From NCBI GenBank assembly GCA_038102935.1, contig JAYNYG010000001.1, forward strand, positions 35,096 to 99,095: 64,000 nt of DNA, written 5' to 3'. The translations under genes and the position numbers were made by a program. The number at the start of each line of letters is the position of its first letter. Positions within the stretch are counted from its first letter, which is position 1. The stretch is from Alphaproteobacteria bacterium (GTDB lineage: Bacteria; Pseudomonadota; Alphaproteobacteria; Bin95). This document shows positions 20,226 to 30,144 of the stretch, one piece after another. A model generated the notes under the pieces. The model ran no database searches and was not told where the DNA came from. It worked only from the letters and a program-made list of their open reading frames with translations.

Positions 20226-20471
20226 TTGATTGTGGGCAACCCGTTCACCGACCACCCCTCAGATGTTGGCGAGGGCTATTTTGAGCATATGGGCCAGGCG
20301 CTCTCCTTCGCCATCCCAATGTTCTTTGGCGCGTTCGCATGCTTGGTCCACGCCATTTTCCCGTTCCTCTGCCTGAAAACCGGCAGCGGCATCGTGACGA
20401 CGCTTCATGTCCGTATGGTGACGCACCGGGTCAAGCCGGAAAATGCTGACTCGGCGCTTTCCAGGTCCTGA
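20226..20471 (+). CDS. small conserved hydrophobic protein (unknown function)
   Basis: 81 aa, divergent from the Lrp gene; PFTDHP…VGEGYFEH…LVHAIFPFL motif resembles small DUF-type membrane proteins. Weak. Confidence 0.35.
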   Translation: MIVGNPFTDHPSDVGEGYFEHMGQALSFAIPMFFGAFACLVHAIFPFLCLKTGSGIVTTLHVRMVTHRVKPENADSALSRS

Positions 20472-20511
20472 TCCTTCTCACCGAGTTCGCGTTACGAAGT
20501 TCAATACAGTC

Positions 20512-21966
20512 TTAGGTGCGGATCGCCTTCGTGACCGGCATGCTGCCCTTATCGCCGGAAGCGGACCAGCCGGTGATGATGCCGGAGAACATGCCGGCGC
20601 CTCCGCCTGCGCGGACGATCAAGAGGCCGCCGTCTCGGAATTTGGATGCAAATGTTCCGCGCCGTGACTCGGGCAAGCCTTCGGCAATACCGCCTTCGCC
20701 GACGATCAATGAATCCGCCGGGCCGGTCATGAGCCCCATCAATCGGTTCAAAAGGTCCGCTTTGCTCCATCCAGCGGCTTTGAAAGTACGCTCATGCTCC
20801 GGGCATACTACGAGGATCGCGTCTGCCGCTGGCCAGAGCTTCGGATGGTTCATGGCCTTCAAGCATTCGGCCATGGAGCGCGCCAGGCTTTCAGGGTCGC
20901 GGGATTTCTGGTCGACGATGCCCTGCAAGCCGTAGCCAGCGAACACTGTGATAGCGTCCTCGCCCTCATTGAAACCGAAATCTGTGGAAAGCGGGCGCCA
21001 GAAAGACCCGGCCTCATCTTCCGCAAAGCAATAGCTGAGCTTGCCAGGATTGCCGAGCGCCGCCCGATCAATGCCGCCAGGCTTGCCGCCGCCGACATTC
21101 CGCACAATCAACTGCACCGACCGCCCAATCGTCAGGTTCGCGCGGTTGCCCTGGCCGAGCGCATTATGCTTCCCGTTCATGCCGATCCGCTGCGCCATTG
21201 GGCCATTCACAACGAACACCGGCCCCACATACATCGTTGTCGCGAGGACGCCATGCATATTGAATGCAGGGTCCAGCACGGCTTCGAGCGCAGCCAATAC
21301 GACGGGGAAATATTCCGGCTTGCATCCGGCCATGACGGCGTTGATCGCGGCTTTCTCGACAGTGCATGGGTCAAGATTAGGCGGGACAATGCCGACGAGG
21401 TCCTGCGCGTCCCGGCTCGTGCCTTCCAGCATCGCCAATACGCGGGCTTCTGTCGGCGGCACGACCGGCAGGCCATCTGACCAATCCCGCGCAAACGCCG
21501 CCTCAATCTCATCTTCCTCACCGCCGAGTGTGACAGGGCGGGCGGCCAGCCCGGTTTCGCCATGGCGGATTTTCAGCATGCGGAGTGCTGCAGGCTCAAC
21601 GTTAGCCGCGCCGCATCCAGGGCGGATCGCCGGCAGACCTTCGCCGACAGGCTGGCCAGCGACACGGCTCCACTCCGCCTGGTCCCAGCCGTAAGTCCGA
21701 TCAACCTCTAAGCCTGACTGGACGCGGATCAGCGTCGGTACGATTTCGATATCCAGGTTGTATGAAGCCGCTAATTCCCGGTCGTCGATAACTTTGGCGA
21801 CCGCTTCCGGGAATGCGGGGTCATCCTGGCTATAAACATCAAGCCGCCCCTGGCTTTCTAGGGCCGCCAGCACCGGGCCTGCAAGTTCGCAGGTCGGGCA
21901 ATCGCGTTTCACGATGGCGATCAAGCCATCTCCGGTAGCAGCAAGCACTTCAGCGGGATTGGGCAT
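20512..21966 (-). CDS. fusion protein: thioredoxin-like CxxC (CPTC) N-domain + C-domain paralogous to the UGSC-associated proteins at 45459 and 48032
   Basis: N-term …IAIVKRDCPTCELAGPVL… (thioredoxin-like). The C-domain shares the DGLPVVPPT…AINAVMAGC(K/L)PEYFPVV…NRANxTIGR…GNPGK(L/F)SYC…AGWSKAD blocks with ORFs 45459..46505 and 48032..49111. Confidence 0.6.
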   Translation of the reverse strand: MPNPAEVLAATGDGLIAIVKRDCPTCELAGPVLAALESQGRLDVYSQDDPAFPEAVAKVIDDRELAASYNLDIEIVPTLIRVQSGLEVDRTYGWDQAEWSRVAGQPVGEGLPAIRPGCGAANVEPAALRMLKIRHGETGLAARPVTLGGEEDEIEAAFARDWSDGLPVVPPTEARVLAMLEGTSRDAQDLVGIVPPNLDPCTVEKAAINAVMAGCKPEYFPVVLAALEAVLDPAFNMHGVLATTMYVGPVFVVNGPMAQRIGMNGKHNALGQGNRANLTIGRSVQLIVRNVGGGKPGGIDRAALGNPGKLSYCFAEDEAGSFWRPLSTDFGFNEGEDAITVFAGYGLQGIVDQKSRDPESLARSMAECLKAMNHPKLWPAADAILVVCPEHERTFKAAGWSKADLLNRLMGLMTGPADSLIVGEGGIAEGLPESRRGTFASKFRDGGLLIVRAGGGAGMFSGIITGWSASGDKGSMPVTKAIRT

Positions 21967-22034
21967 AATGGTCTCTCTCAGAATCAGAGGCGTTGACCTA
22001 TGATCGCCGAAATTAAGGCCGGAAGGATAGCCCT

Positions 22035-22376
22035 ATGATCAAACGCATTTCGTTTCTCACCCGCAAAGATGGCACGACCCACGAGGATTTTGTGCGGCAT
22101 TGGTTTGAAATTCACGGGCCGTTGGCGCGCGGCATTCCCGGTCTTCGTCGATATGTGCAAAGCCATATCATTGGGGAGGCGAGCCGCGCCGATATCGCTG
22201 GATCAGACGTCGCGATCGATGGCATCGCTGAGCTTTGGTATGACGACGCCAAGGCGATGGAACGCGCCATACAATCCGATCAGGCAAAGCGTCTGTTCGC
22301 TGATGGCGCTGAATTCATTGGCGCGATCAAGACTTACGTGGTCGACGAGAAGGTTATTATCGACGACGTTGAGTGA
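22035..22376 (+). CDS. EthD-family (dimeric alpha/beta-barrel) protein
   Basis: 113 aa; N-terminal KRISFLTRKDGTTHEDFVRHWFEIHGPL typical of the EthD domain. Confidence 0.55.
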   Translation: MIKRISFLTRKDGTTHEDFVRHWFEIHGPLARGIPGLRRYVQSHIIGEASRADIAGSDVAIDGIAELWYDDAKAMERAIQSDQAKRLFADGAEFIGAIKTYVVDEKVIIDDVE

Positions 22377-22393
22377 GAGTGACGCCTTTGTCG

Positions 22394-23074
22394 TTACACC
22401 ACCGGCGCGCCGAAGCCTGAGAGCGCGACTGCGCCTTGGATTTCGCGGATAGCGTTGGTCATGGCTTGGCCGATCAAGTCCATATGACGGATCTGGTCTA
22501 TGCGGGCGCGAACTTGCTCATTGTCATGCTCGCCCAGGATTGCGCCAAACAGGCCACAGGCATCCGCCAAGTTTATGATGACAATGTCGTGCGGGTCCGG
22601 GATCTCGTCACTGAACAGGATCGCCTGGATGCGGGCGCGGACTTCCTGTTCAGCTTCGCCGTCGATCATGGGATACGTGCGGGATTGGAGGCGCCAGAGG
22701 AAGCGGTTTTCCTGTTCCACCAGAATGCCCCGCCCGACAAGCCGTTTCAGCGCCACGAGGGCGAAGTTTTCGCGGCCGCTGGCGACTTGTTCAATCCATG
22801 ACTTGGCGCTCCGGCGCTCGCTGTCATTGGTTTCTGCCAGGAGCGCCAGCGTTGTATCCAATGAGGGGTCGTTGGTTGGCGCTGCATCGATAACGAAGAG
22901 ATGCTCTAAGTCCGTATCGATGCGGTTGCGCTGCGCCAGGTCCATCAGCACTGCGCCAGCGAGGATGCATTTGAGCATCCAGGCGTCGACGGACGCCATT
23001 TCGCCCTCCTCGTCATCCAAGAGGAGGAGCATGATTTCTTCGGCGTAGGTTAGGCGCGCTGCATTCTCGGTCAT
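22394..23074 (-). CDS. GPP34 (GOLPH3/Vps74-like) family protein
   Basis: 226 aa; N-terminal LTYAEEIMLLLLDDEEG pattern typical of bacterial GPP34-family proteins; 4-nt overlap with the BVMO stop. Confidence 0.5.
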   Translation of the reverse strand: MTENAARLTYAEEIMLLLLDDEEGEMASVDAWMLKCILAGAVLMDLAQRNRIDTDLEHLFVIDAAPTNDPSLDTTLALLAETNDSERRSAKSWIEQVASGRENFALVALKRLVGRGILVEQENRFLWRLQSRTYPMIDGEAEQEVRARIQAILFSDEIPDPHDIVIINLADACGLFGAILGEHDNEQVRARIDQIRHMDLIGQAMTNAIREIQGAVALSGFGAPVV

Positions 23075-24699
23075 GGACTAATCTGGAATCCTTCATATCC
23101 GGCTGCGGCAATGGCGTCGCAGCGCTTCTTATAGGCTTCGACTCCGCCCACATAGGGCATGAAAATTCTTGGCTTGCCGGGGATATTGGCGCCCATGTAC
23201 CAGGAATTCGCTAACGGATAGAGCGTTGCGTCCGCGACAGCATTATTATGCGCGACCCAACCGTCTTCTGCCTCAGGTTCCGGCACGATCTTGCTTTGGC
23301 CTGTTTCGCGAAGATGGTCGAGGCAATCGGCGATCCAATCCACATGCTGCTCGCAAGACAGGATCATCTGGCTTTTCACGCCGGGGCTTTGTGGGCCTGT
23401 GATCATGAACAGGTTCGGGAAATCCGCCATCATGATCCCGAGATAGGTTTTCGGGCCATCTTCCCATTTCGCGCCGATTTGGGCGCCTGTGTCCGTCTTG
23501 ATGTCGATCTCTTTCATGGCGCCCGTCATCGCGTCGAACCCGGTGGCGAACACGATCATGTCCAGTTCATATTCGGCCTCTGTGGTTCTGAGGCCCGTTT
23601 CCGTGAGGCCCTGGATCGGCGCGCTTTTAACATCCACCAGATCGACATGATCCAGGTTGTAGGTCTCGTAATAATCAGTATCCAAAATCAGGCGTTTGGT
23701 GCCGATGGGGTGATTGTTGGGGCAGAGCAGTTCTGCCGTCTTTGCATCCTTTACGGTTTCGCGGATTTTGTTGCGGGCGAAGTCAGACGCTGTGTCGTTC
23801 GCTTCCTTGTTCGTCAGCAAATCCGTGAAGGCATAGAGGTAGCTAATGCTGCCGCCTTCCGCCCATTTCGCCTCAAAGGCGGCGTTGCGTTCCTCTTCGC
23901 TGACATCCAGCGCAGATTGGGTCGGTGGCGGGAATCCAGCTATGCCGAAGGGCGTGAAATACGCGGCTTTCCGGCGTTCATCATACTCCGCTTTGTGTTT
24001 TGCTTCTTTTTCTGGCCGCATGGGCTCATTGCGTGCGGGCAGGCTGAAATTGGCTGTGCGCTGAAACACGGTGACATGCTTTGCCTGCTTGGCGATCAGC
24101 GGAATGGACTGAACGCCGCTAGAACCCGTACCAATCACGCCGACGCGGAGGCCCGTGAAATCAACGCCCTCATGCGGCCAGAGGCCGGTATGCTCAACGC
24201 GGCCCTTATAGTCATCGAAGCCTGGCCAATTCGGCTTTCTTGGCGTTGAAAGATTGCCGGTCGCCATGATGCAATAGGGCGCGCTTACGGTCTCGCCTGC
24301 ATCTGTTTTGATTGTCCAAAGATTGTCCGCATTGCTGAATTCAGCCGTTTTGATGCGGGTGTTGAACTGCACGTCTTTGCGGAGATCGAAGCGGTCCGCG
24401 ACGTGGTTCACATAGTCCAGAATAACGGGCTGGCCGCCATAGCGCTCCGGCCATTCCCATTCCTGCTGCAGGTCTTCATCGAAGGAGAACGAGTACTCCA
24501 GGCTTTCGACATCACAGCGGCAGCCAGGATAGCGGTTCCAGTACCAGGTGCCGCCGACCCCATCCGCCGCCTCATAAGCGCGGACCCGGTAGCCGAGCTT
24601 GCGCAGCTTGTAGAGCGCATAGAGTCCGCCAACGCCCGCGCCAATAATAATAACGTCCAGATCGCCTTTTCCATCAGTCGCAGCTTCGGTCGCCGACAC
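23071..24699 (-). CDS. Baeyer-Villiger (flavin-containing) monooxygenase
   Basis: Two Rossmann GxGxxG motifs (IIIGAGVGG; VIGTGSSG) and the BVMO fingerprint FxGxxxHxxxWP (YKGRVEHTGLWPHEG). Confidence 0.85.
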   Translation of the reverse strand: MSATEAATDGKGDLDVIIIGAGVGGLYALYKLRKLGYRVRAYEAADGVGGTWYWNRYPGCRCDVESLEYSFSFDEDLQQEWEWPERYGGQPVILDYVNHVADRFDLRKDVQFNTRIKTAEFSNADNLWTIKTDAGETVSAPYCIMATGNLSTPRKPNWPGFDDYKGRVEHTGLWPHEGVDFTGLRVGVIGTGSSGVQSIPLIAKQAKHVTVFQRTANFSLPARNEPMRPEKEAKHKAEYDERRKAAYFTPFGIAGFPPPTQSALDVSEEERNAAFEAKWAEGGSISYLYAFTDLLTNKEANDTASDFARNKIRETVKDAKTAELLCPNNHPIGTKRLILDTDYYETYNLDHVDLVDVKSAPIQGLTETGLRTTEAEYELDMIVFATGFDAMTGAMKEIDIKTDTGAQIGAKWEDGPKTYLGIMMADFPNLFMITGPQSPGVKSQMILSCEQHVDWIADCLDHLRETGQSKIVPEPEAEDGWVAHNNAVADATLYPLANSWYMGANIPGKPRIFMPYVGGVEAYKKRCDAIAAAGYEGFQISP

Positions 24700-24763
24700 T
24701 CGAGGTCTCCTGAAATCGTGTGAGTTTGGCAGCAGTCTAATTTGCGGGCGGCGCGCCGTCTAT

Positions 24764-26284
24764 TCAGCCGGGAATGAAACGATTGATGCCGCCGTCCTGG
24801 ACGACTGCGCCCTCAGCGCCAATGAAGTCCTGCTTGGTCATTGCCGATAGAAGATCAGCATCATCCGGCGCGTTTGCGAGGAAACGCGGCGCGGCAGGGT
24901 CATCATGCGCTCCCAAGCGTCCAATGATGATCCCGCGCCCGGGTGCGCCATCCCGGCCATAGGTGACGGTATAGGTCTCAATGGTCGCCTCGCCATTGGG
25001 CGCTTCTATGAGCTTTGGGCGGGCCAGAGTTTCGATTCGATGTTGATAGGATGCAGGCGGCTCGCGTCGCCATTCGCCTTCAGTCGGCTGTGTGGAATAG
25101 ATCCCGGCAGAATGCTTGGTCAGATATCCGCCATTGGCCGTCACCATGCCGAACGCGCTGGGGTTGCCGCGCAGCCGCTCCGCCATAGCCGCGATTGCGT
25201 TCATGGAATAGTTGTTGCCCGCCCCGCCATGATACGGCAGCCCGCCGGTCACTGTGAGCGGGCGGGGATCATCCGCCTGAATGCCCAACGCGTCCCGCCC
25301 AATGGCGACGGCGCTTGGGAAACAGGAATAGAGATCAAAGCAGTCAATATCGCTGATATCCAGGCTGGCTTGCGCTAATGCACGTTCGCCCATCAACGTC
25401 ATTGCCGGGGAGGCGGCGTAGTCGCTCCGGTCTGAGACATGCCAGATATCCTGTACCTCGGCGGCCCCATGCAGATAAACCCATCGGTCCTCTGGAACGC
25501 CAGATGCGCGGGCATGCGCCACGTTCGTCAGCAGTAAGCAGGCGGATTGGTTGATCTGGTTCATGGCGCACATGAATTTCGTATAGGGCCAGGCGACAAA
25601 GCGATTGCTCTCGCTTGGAAGGGCGATTTCCTCTGCCGTGCGCTCTATCGGGAACCAAGCATGGTGTGATTGCGCGGCGACGGTGGTCAGTGGCTGCATC
25701 AGCGCGCCCATGGTCTGCTGATGTTCTGCAATCGACCGCCCGGAGCGGCGGCGCAGCGCATTTTCAAATAGCGGATAAACATGTGCGGCGATCCATATGC
25801 CATGGGCCTGCTCATGGACAGGCGCCATAGCCCGTTCCGGATAGAGCCAAGCGGCATCCTGGTCCGCAGGTTCCCTCCAATCTGGGCGCTGGCCGGATTT
25901 GATCAGGCGGCGGCCATTGTCCATCGCTTCTGCACCCGCCAGCACAACGGCTTGAGCCTCGCCGCGCGCAATGGCCTCAGCGTACCGGTTTACGAGATAT
26001 TGCGGGGCTTCGCCGCCATCTGGCGTCAAGTAAGCGCTCGCGTTGGATGCGCCAATCCGGGCGGCCAGGACGGCGGGGGAGTTACGCATCGGCTCGCGGA
26101 AGCTTTTAACGACAACGAGCGTGTCGACAGCCTCCAGCCAGCGGGCGGGCAAATGCGCGTCCTCTGCGGCGGCATGGGCCGCCCGCTCCATCAAATCCAT
26201 CGGCGTGGAAAGCGCATCGAGCGGTTCGTCCCGAACGGTGCATTGGCCGATGCCGACAAGGATAGGCGTATTCGGGTGGGTCAT
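24764..26284 (-). CDS. thiolase-like (SCP-x/acetyl-CoA acetyltransferase superfamily) protein
   Basis: ~507 aa; thiolase-fold blocks with conserved Cys/His regions. Start taken at MTHPNTPILVGIGQ (the track ORF has a 10-codon upstream extension). Confidence 0.6.
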   Translation of the reverse strand: MTHPNTPILVGIGQCTVRDEPLDALSTPMDLMERAAHAAAEDAHLPARWLEAVDTLVVVKSFREPMRNSPAVLAARIGASNASAYLTPDGGEAPQYLVNRYAEAIARGEAQAVVLAGAEAMDNGRRLIKSGQRPDWREPADQDAAWLYPERAMAPVHEQAHGIWIAAHVYPLFENALRRRSGRSIAEHQQTMGALMQPLTTVAAQSHHAWFPIERTAEEIALPSESNRFVAWPYTKFMCAMNQINQSACLLLTNVAHARASGVPEDRWVYLHGAAEVQDIWHVSDRSDYAASPAMTLMGERALAQASLDISDIDCFDLYSCFPSAVAIGRDALGIQADDPRPLTVTGGLPYHGGAGNNYSMNAIAAMAERLRGNPSAFGMVTANGGYLTKHSAGIYSTQPTEGEWRREPPASYQHRIETLARPKLIEAPNGEATIETYTVTYGRDGAPGRGIIIGRLGAHDDPAAPRFLANAPDDADLLSAMTKQDFIGAEGAVVQDGGINRFIPG

Positions 26285-27927
26285 GTCGCCTGGTCCGCGA
26301 TGGCGCGCGCCCATTGGATATCCGTCTTCCCGCTGGCGCCGCGTTGCACTTGATCAACGAATAGAAAAGCCTTGGGCAGCTTGTAGCGGCCGATATGGCG
26401 GGCGGCTTCCGCTAGTAATGCGTCTCGATCCTCTGTGGCGCCATTGCGTAACTGAACCAGCGCCGTCACCTCTTCGCCCCAGCGGTCGTTTGGCCTGCCT
26501 ACAACGGTGACATCCGCCACATCGCGATGGCGCTTCAACGCCTGCTCCACTTCCTCAGCAAAGATTTTCTCACCGCCGGAATTGATGGTGAAGCTTTCAC
26601 GGCCAAGTAGGCTGATTGATCCGGTTTCTGTCCGGTGAATGCGGTCGCCGCCGATCACGTAGCGAACGCTGCCGATGACAGGAAACGTTTCTTCCGTTCG
26701 CGCTTGATCGCCGAGATATCCAAGCGGCACCGCGCCGGCGCCCGCCAGCCAGCCGATGCTTTGATCATTCGTCGCCAGAAGCCGGGTCCGATCTTCAGAA
26801 ACGATTGTCGCGTCCTTGGTGATTAGGAACCGTGTCGGCGCATCCTTGTCTGGGGTGTCTGCAGCCGTCACAGCAATTGCCTGCGGTCCGGTTTCTGATG
26901 ACCCCAGGCCATCGACGATCCGCATATCGGGGTTCAGCGCCAACAGCCCAGCTTTAACGTCTGGAGATAGGATAGCGCCGGTGTTGTAGATGAATCTGAC
27001 GCTGGAAAGATCGTAGTCGCCTGCCTCCGCCGCCTGCAATAGCGGTTTGCCGAATGCGTCGCCGATGACCAGTAGCATGTTCGCTCGTGCGTCCTGCACG
27101 GTTTGCAACAGATCGTTCGGGTCCATGCGTTCAGTATTGGACTGAATGGCGATGGCGTTGCCTGCGATCAGCGCGCCGAAGGAGGCATGGCACCCGGCGC
27201 CGTGCATCATTGGCGGCGCGGGAAGAACAACATTGCCGCCAGACTTTTTAGCGCGTTCGACAAATGCCGTAACGCTACGGATAGGCTTGCCCTTGCGGTC
27301 CCGCCCGCCGAGATTGGCGGCGATGCAATCCTCCTGGCGCCAGAGTACGCCCTTCGGCATGCCCGTCGTGCCGCCGGTATAGGTCATGTAGATATCATCC
27401 GCAGACCAATCTGCATCCGGCAGATTAGGCGATCCTGCTGCGATGACGCCCTCATATTCAAGCGCGCCCGGCAAAAGCGGCGCGCCGGACCCGTCATCGA
27501 CTTGGATCAGCAGGCGAATGCCAGGAAATTCAGGCAGCAAATCCCTTAGGGTTGCAGCAAACTGGCCCTGATAGATCAGCGCCGAGGGCTGGGCGTCGTT
27601 CAGGAGATAGAGCAGCTCTTCGCGTACATAGCGGTAGTTGATTGTGAACGGCGTCGCTCGGGCTTTGAAGCAGCCCAGCATCGCCTCAACGAATTCCGGG
27701 CAATTCAGCATGAAAATGCCGACATGATCTTGCCCAAGTTCCCAATTTTTTAGCTCATCGCGTTCTGTGCGGAGGCGGATATCATGCTTCAGCAGCACAT
27801 TCGCCATGCGCCGCGAACGGTCGTTGACGGACGCATAGGTTTGCCGTCGGCCTTTGTGGATGAACGCCGTATGATTCGGCAGCGCCGCCGCAATGGCCTC
27901 GGTAATGGCGGGAATGTTCAGCGGCAT
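26281..27927 (-). CDS. AMP-dependent acyl-CoA synthetase/ligase
   Basis: AMP-binding signature (YTGGTTGMPKGV), downstream hinge and …GEKI… motifs; overlaps the thiolase-like gene by 4 nt. Confidence 0.85.
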   Translation of the reverse strand: MPLNIPAITEAIAAALPNHTAFIHKGRRQTYASVNDRSRRMANVLLKHDIRLRTERDELKNWELGQDHVGIFMLNCPEFVEAMLGCFKARATPFTINYRYVREELLYLLNDAQPSALIYQGQFAATLRDLLPEFPGIRLLIQVDDGSGAPLLPGALEYEGVIAAGSPNLPDADWSADDIYMTYTGGTTGMPKGVLWRQEDCIAANLGGRDRKGKPIRSVTAFVERAKKSGGNVVLPAPPMMHGAGCHASFGALIAGNAIAIQSNTERMDPNDLLQTVQDARANMLLVIGDAFGKPLLQAAEAGDYDLSSVRFIYNTGAILSPDVKAGLLALNPDMRIVDGLGSSETGPQAIAVTAADTPDKDAPTRFLITKDATIVSEDRTRLLATNDQSIGWLAGAGAVPLGYLGDQARTEETFPVIGSVRYVIGGDRIHRTETGSISLLGRESFTINSGGEKIFAEEVEQALKRHRDVADVTVVGRPNDRWGEEVTALVQLRNGATEDRDALLAEAARHIGRYKLPKAFLFVDQVQRGASGKTDIQWARAIADQAT

Positions 27928-27939
27928 TGTCGGAATGCC

Positions 27940-29115
27940 TCAATCCTCGTCCACGAAACTACGTAGCCTGTCGGTCGCTTTCAGGTATTCCTCCATGAAC
28001 TGGCGGACGACATCGCGCGTGCTCGTCGTCTCGTTCATTAACCCAACGCCTTGGCCGACAAAATATGAGGCGAGCCGGGTAGCGCCGTCATGGCCGCCTT
28101 CCGCCAGCTTGTTGATCCGCTGCATGGTCGGCTCAACGATGATTGACTGGAACGGCATGGGGAGTGGGGCAGGGGCGTCCGGCCCCTCCCATGCGTCCGT
28201 CCAGGCGGAGCGCAGTTGGCGGGAGAATTTGCCCGTGCGGGCCTTTGATCGCACTGTATCGCGCGAGGACGCTTGCAGCATTTTCTCTTTCACGGCGGGC
28301 GAAGTCTCGGCCTCTGTCGTTGTCAGCCAGACAGAGCCGGTCCAGGCGCCGTCTGCGCCCATGGCCATGCAGGCCGCCATCTGTTCGCCGGTGACAATGC
28401 CGCCTGCCGCCAGGATCACTGCATCGCTAATTGGGCGGACAGCGCGCACCACTTCCGGGACCAGCACCAGCGTTGAGACATCGCCGCAATGTCCGCCAGC
28501 CTCGCCGCCGGAAACGATGATAATATCCACGCCCGCCTCAACCTGCCGGATCGCATGTTCCCGCGCGCCGACGAGGGCCGCGACAGGTACACCATGCGCA
28601 CGCGCGCGCTCGATCATATAGGCAGGCGGCGGGCCAAGCGCATTGGCGATCAGGCTGATGGGATGGCTGAAAGCGACATCCAGCAGCGCCTGAGCACCCT
28701 CATGCTGAATGCTTTGGCTCATCCGCGCGCCGCGGGAAATGAGGTTGTCCTCAATCTGCTCTGACGGAATGTCGTGGTCCTCAAGCAGGTCGCGCACGAA
28801 GTTTCGGTGTTCCTGGGGCACACGGGACACAGCATCATCGCGGGACATGCTCGTCGCTTGCCCGCTGGCTTTCGCCTCATGACGCGCGGGTACAATCAGG
28901 TCAACGCCGTAAGGCTTGCCGTCGATATTCGCATCAATCCAGTCGAGCTCGCCCTGCAACGTCTCTGGCCGCATCGCGACGGCGCCCAACACGCCCATGC
29001 CGCCAGCCTTCGATACCTCCGCCACCACGTCGCGGCAGTGCGAGAAGGCGATCAACGGGAAGTCGATGCCAAGCATGTCGCAGATTTTTGATCGCATGTG
29101 GAGAGCCTCCATCAA
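27940..29115 (-). CDS. nitronate monooxygenase (NMO, FMN-dependent 2-nitropropane dioxygenase family)
   Basis: NMO pattern LGIDFPLI…GGMGVLG…; TIM-barrel FMN-binding Gly-rich C-region (GGIVTGEQMAA). Confidence 0.8.
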   Translation of the reverse strand: MMEALHMRSKICDMLGIDFPLIAFSHCRDVVAEVSKAGGMGVLGAVAMRPETLQGELDWIDANIDGKPYGVDLIVPARHEAKASGQATSMSRDDAVSRVPQEHRNFVRDLLEDHDIPSEQIEDNLISRGARMSQSIQHEGAQALLDVAFSHPISLIANALGPPPAYMIERARAHGVPVAALVGAREHAIRQVEAGVDIIIVSGGEAGGHCGDVSTLVLVPEVVRAVRPISDAVILAAGGIVTGEQMAACMAMGADGAWTGSVWLTTTEAETSPAVKEKMLQASSRDTVRSKARTGKFSRQLRSAWTDAWEGPDAPAPLPMPFQSIIVEPTMQRINKLAEGGHDGATRLASYFVGQGVGLMNETTSTRDVVRQFMEEYLKATDRLRSFVDED

Positions 29116-29193
29116 ATCGCCGGGTTTTCAGCAGTTTGACGCGACAAGGTCGATCTGTCCAAGCGGTTGGACTCTGGACAGCTTAGTTTATTA

Positions 29194-30108
29194 CTAGGAC
29201 GCTTCGTAGGACTGAAGGATAAGTGGCTTGGCCGCTTCAAAATCTTCTGAAGATTTGATGGTGACCTCTAAATCTCCGGTTCCGAAGTGCCCAATCGTCC
29301 TAACATCGCGGGTGAAGCCATCAATCTTCTGGTTTTCAGCTAAGTTCTGATAGTTCAATTTCAGAAATAATTTCAATATTCCGATTTGGGGTTTTATTTC
29401 GACGCAGGCGAAATTCTTGATGCGCTTGAAAGCAAAGTAAAAGCGAAGTGTCTTGGAGGTGACGTCATCGCCGAGGCTAAGCAAATATATCTCAATCTCT
29501 GAATAAAGTGCTTGAAGCGCTTCATTTGCATCCGCCAGGCTCTCGGAATTGGTTTTGTAATGCGCAGAGCGGGTAGGCGCATTCTTGTTGGCTGTCGCCC
29601 GCGTCTCCGTGGATACCGCCGTTAAGAGGTCGAGCATCAGCAAGTCTTCGCCAAAGCGGCGGTAGCGGATGAGTTCAATATTCCGGCTCATTTGCTTGAC
29701 AGCATGCTCGTCATATCGTGTGAAATCTGCTGCAATACAGATGAGGCGCGGCGCGCTCCATTCGATGCCTTCCGCCGCCTTTGCGCCAAATGCGTTCAGC
29801 ACCAATAGTTCGAAATCGCCCCGGTGGTCCATCAACCAATCAAGGTAGAACAAGCCTTGATTTATAATGTTTTCGCTCCGATCTCGCTTGTATTCGATGA
29901 TAACGGGATAGCCGTTCTCATCTATGCCTAAGGTATCCATGCGCCCGCCATTGGACGTTGAATACTCTGAGGCTAGAAACCGGACGCCAAGAAGGGCGTC
30001 CAGATTCTGCTCGAACACAGTTTGCAGTGATCTCTCAAGCGGAGCGGCTGAGCTTGCTAATTCAAGCACATCGCCGCCGGCTTGCCGGAACAATTTGATG
30101 TCGCTCAT
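29194..30108 (-). CDS. PD-(D/E)xK (NucS/DUF91-like) nuclease-fold N-domain + DUF5655-like C-domain protein, lower-GC insert
   Basis: 304 aa; putative PD-(D/E)xK core MDTLGIDENGYPVIIEYKRD. Local GC is visibly lower (about 48-50%) than flanking genes. Confidence 0.5.
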   Translation of the reverse strand: MSDIKLFRQAGGDVLELASSAAPLERSLQTVFEQNLDALLGVRFLASEYSTSNGGRMDTLGIDENGYPVIIEYKRDRSENIINQGLFYLDWLMDHRGDFELLVLNAFGAKAAEGIEWSAPRLICIAADFTRYDEHAVKQMSRNIELIRYRRFGEDLLMLDLLTAVSTETRATANKNAPTRSAHYKTNSESLADANEALQALYSEIEIYLLSLGDDVTSKTLRFYFAFKRIKNFACVEIKPQIGILKLFLKLNYQNLAENQKIDGFTRDVRTIGHFGTGDLEVTIKSSEDFEAAKPLILQSYEAS

Positions 30109-30144
30109 ACGGGCGCCGTCACACTGCTATCTCTGAACAGAACC

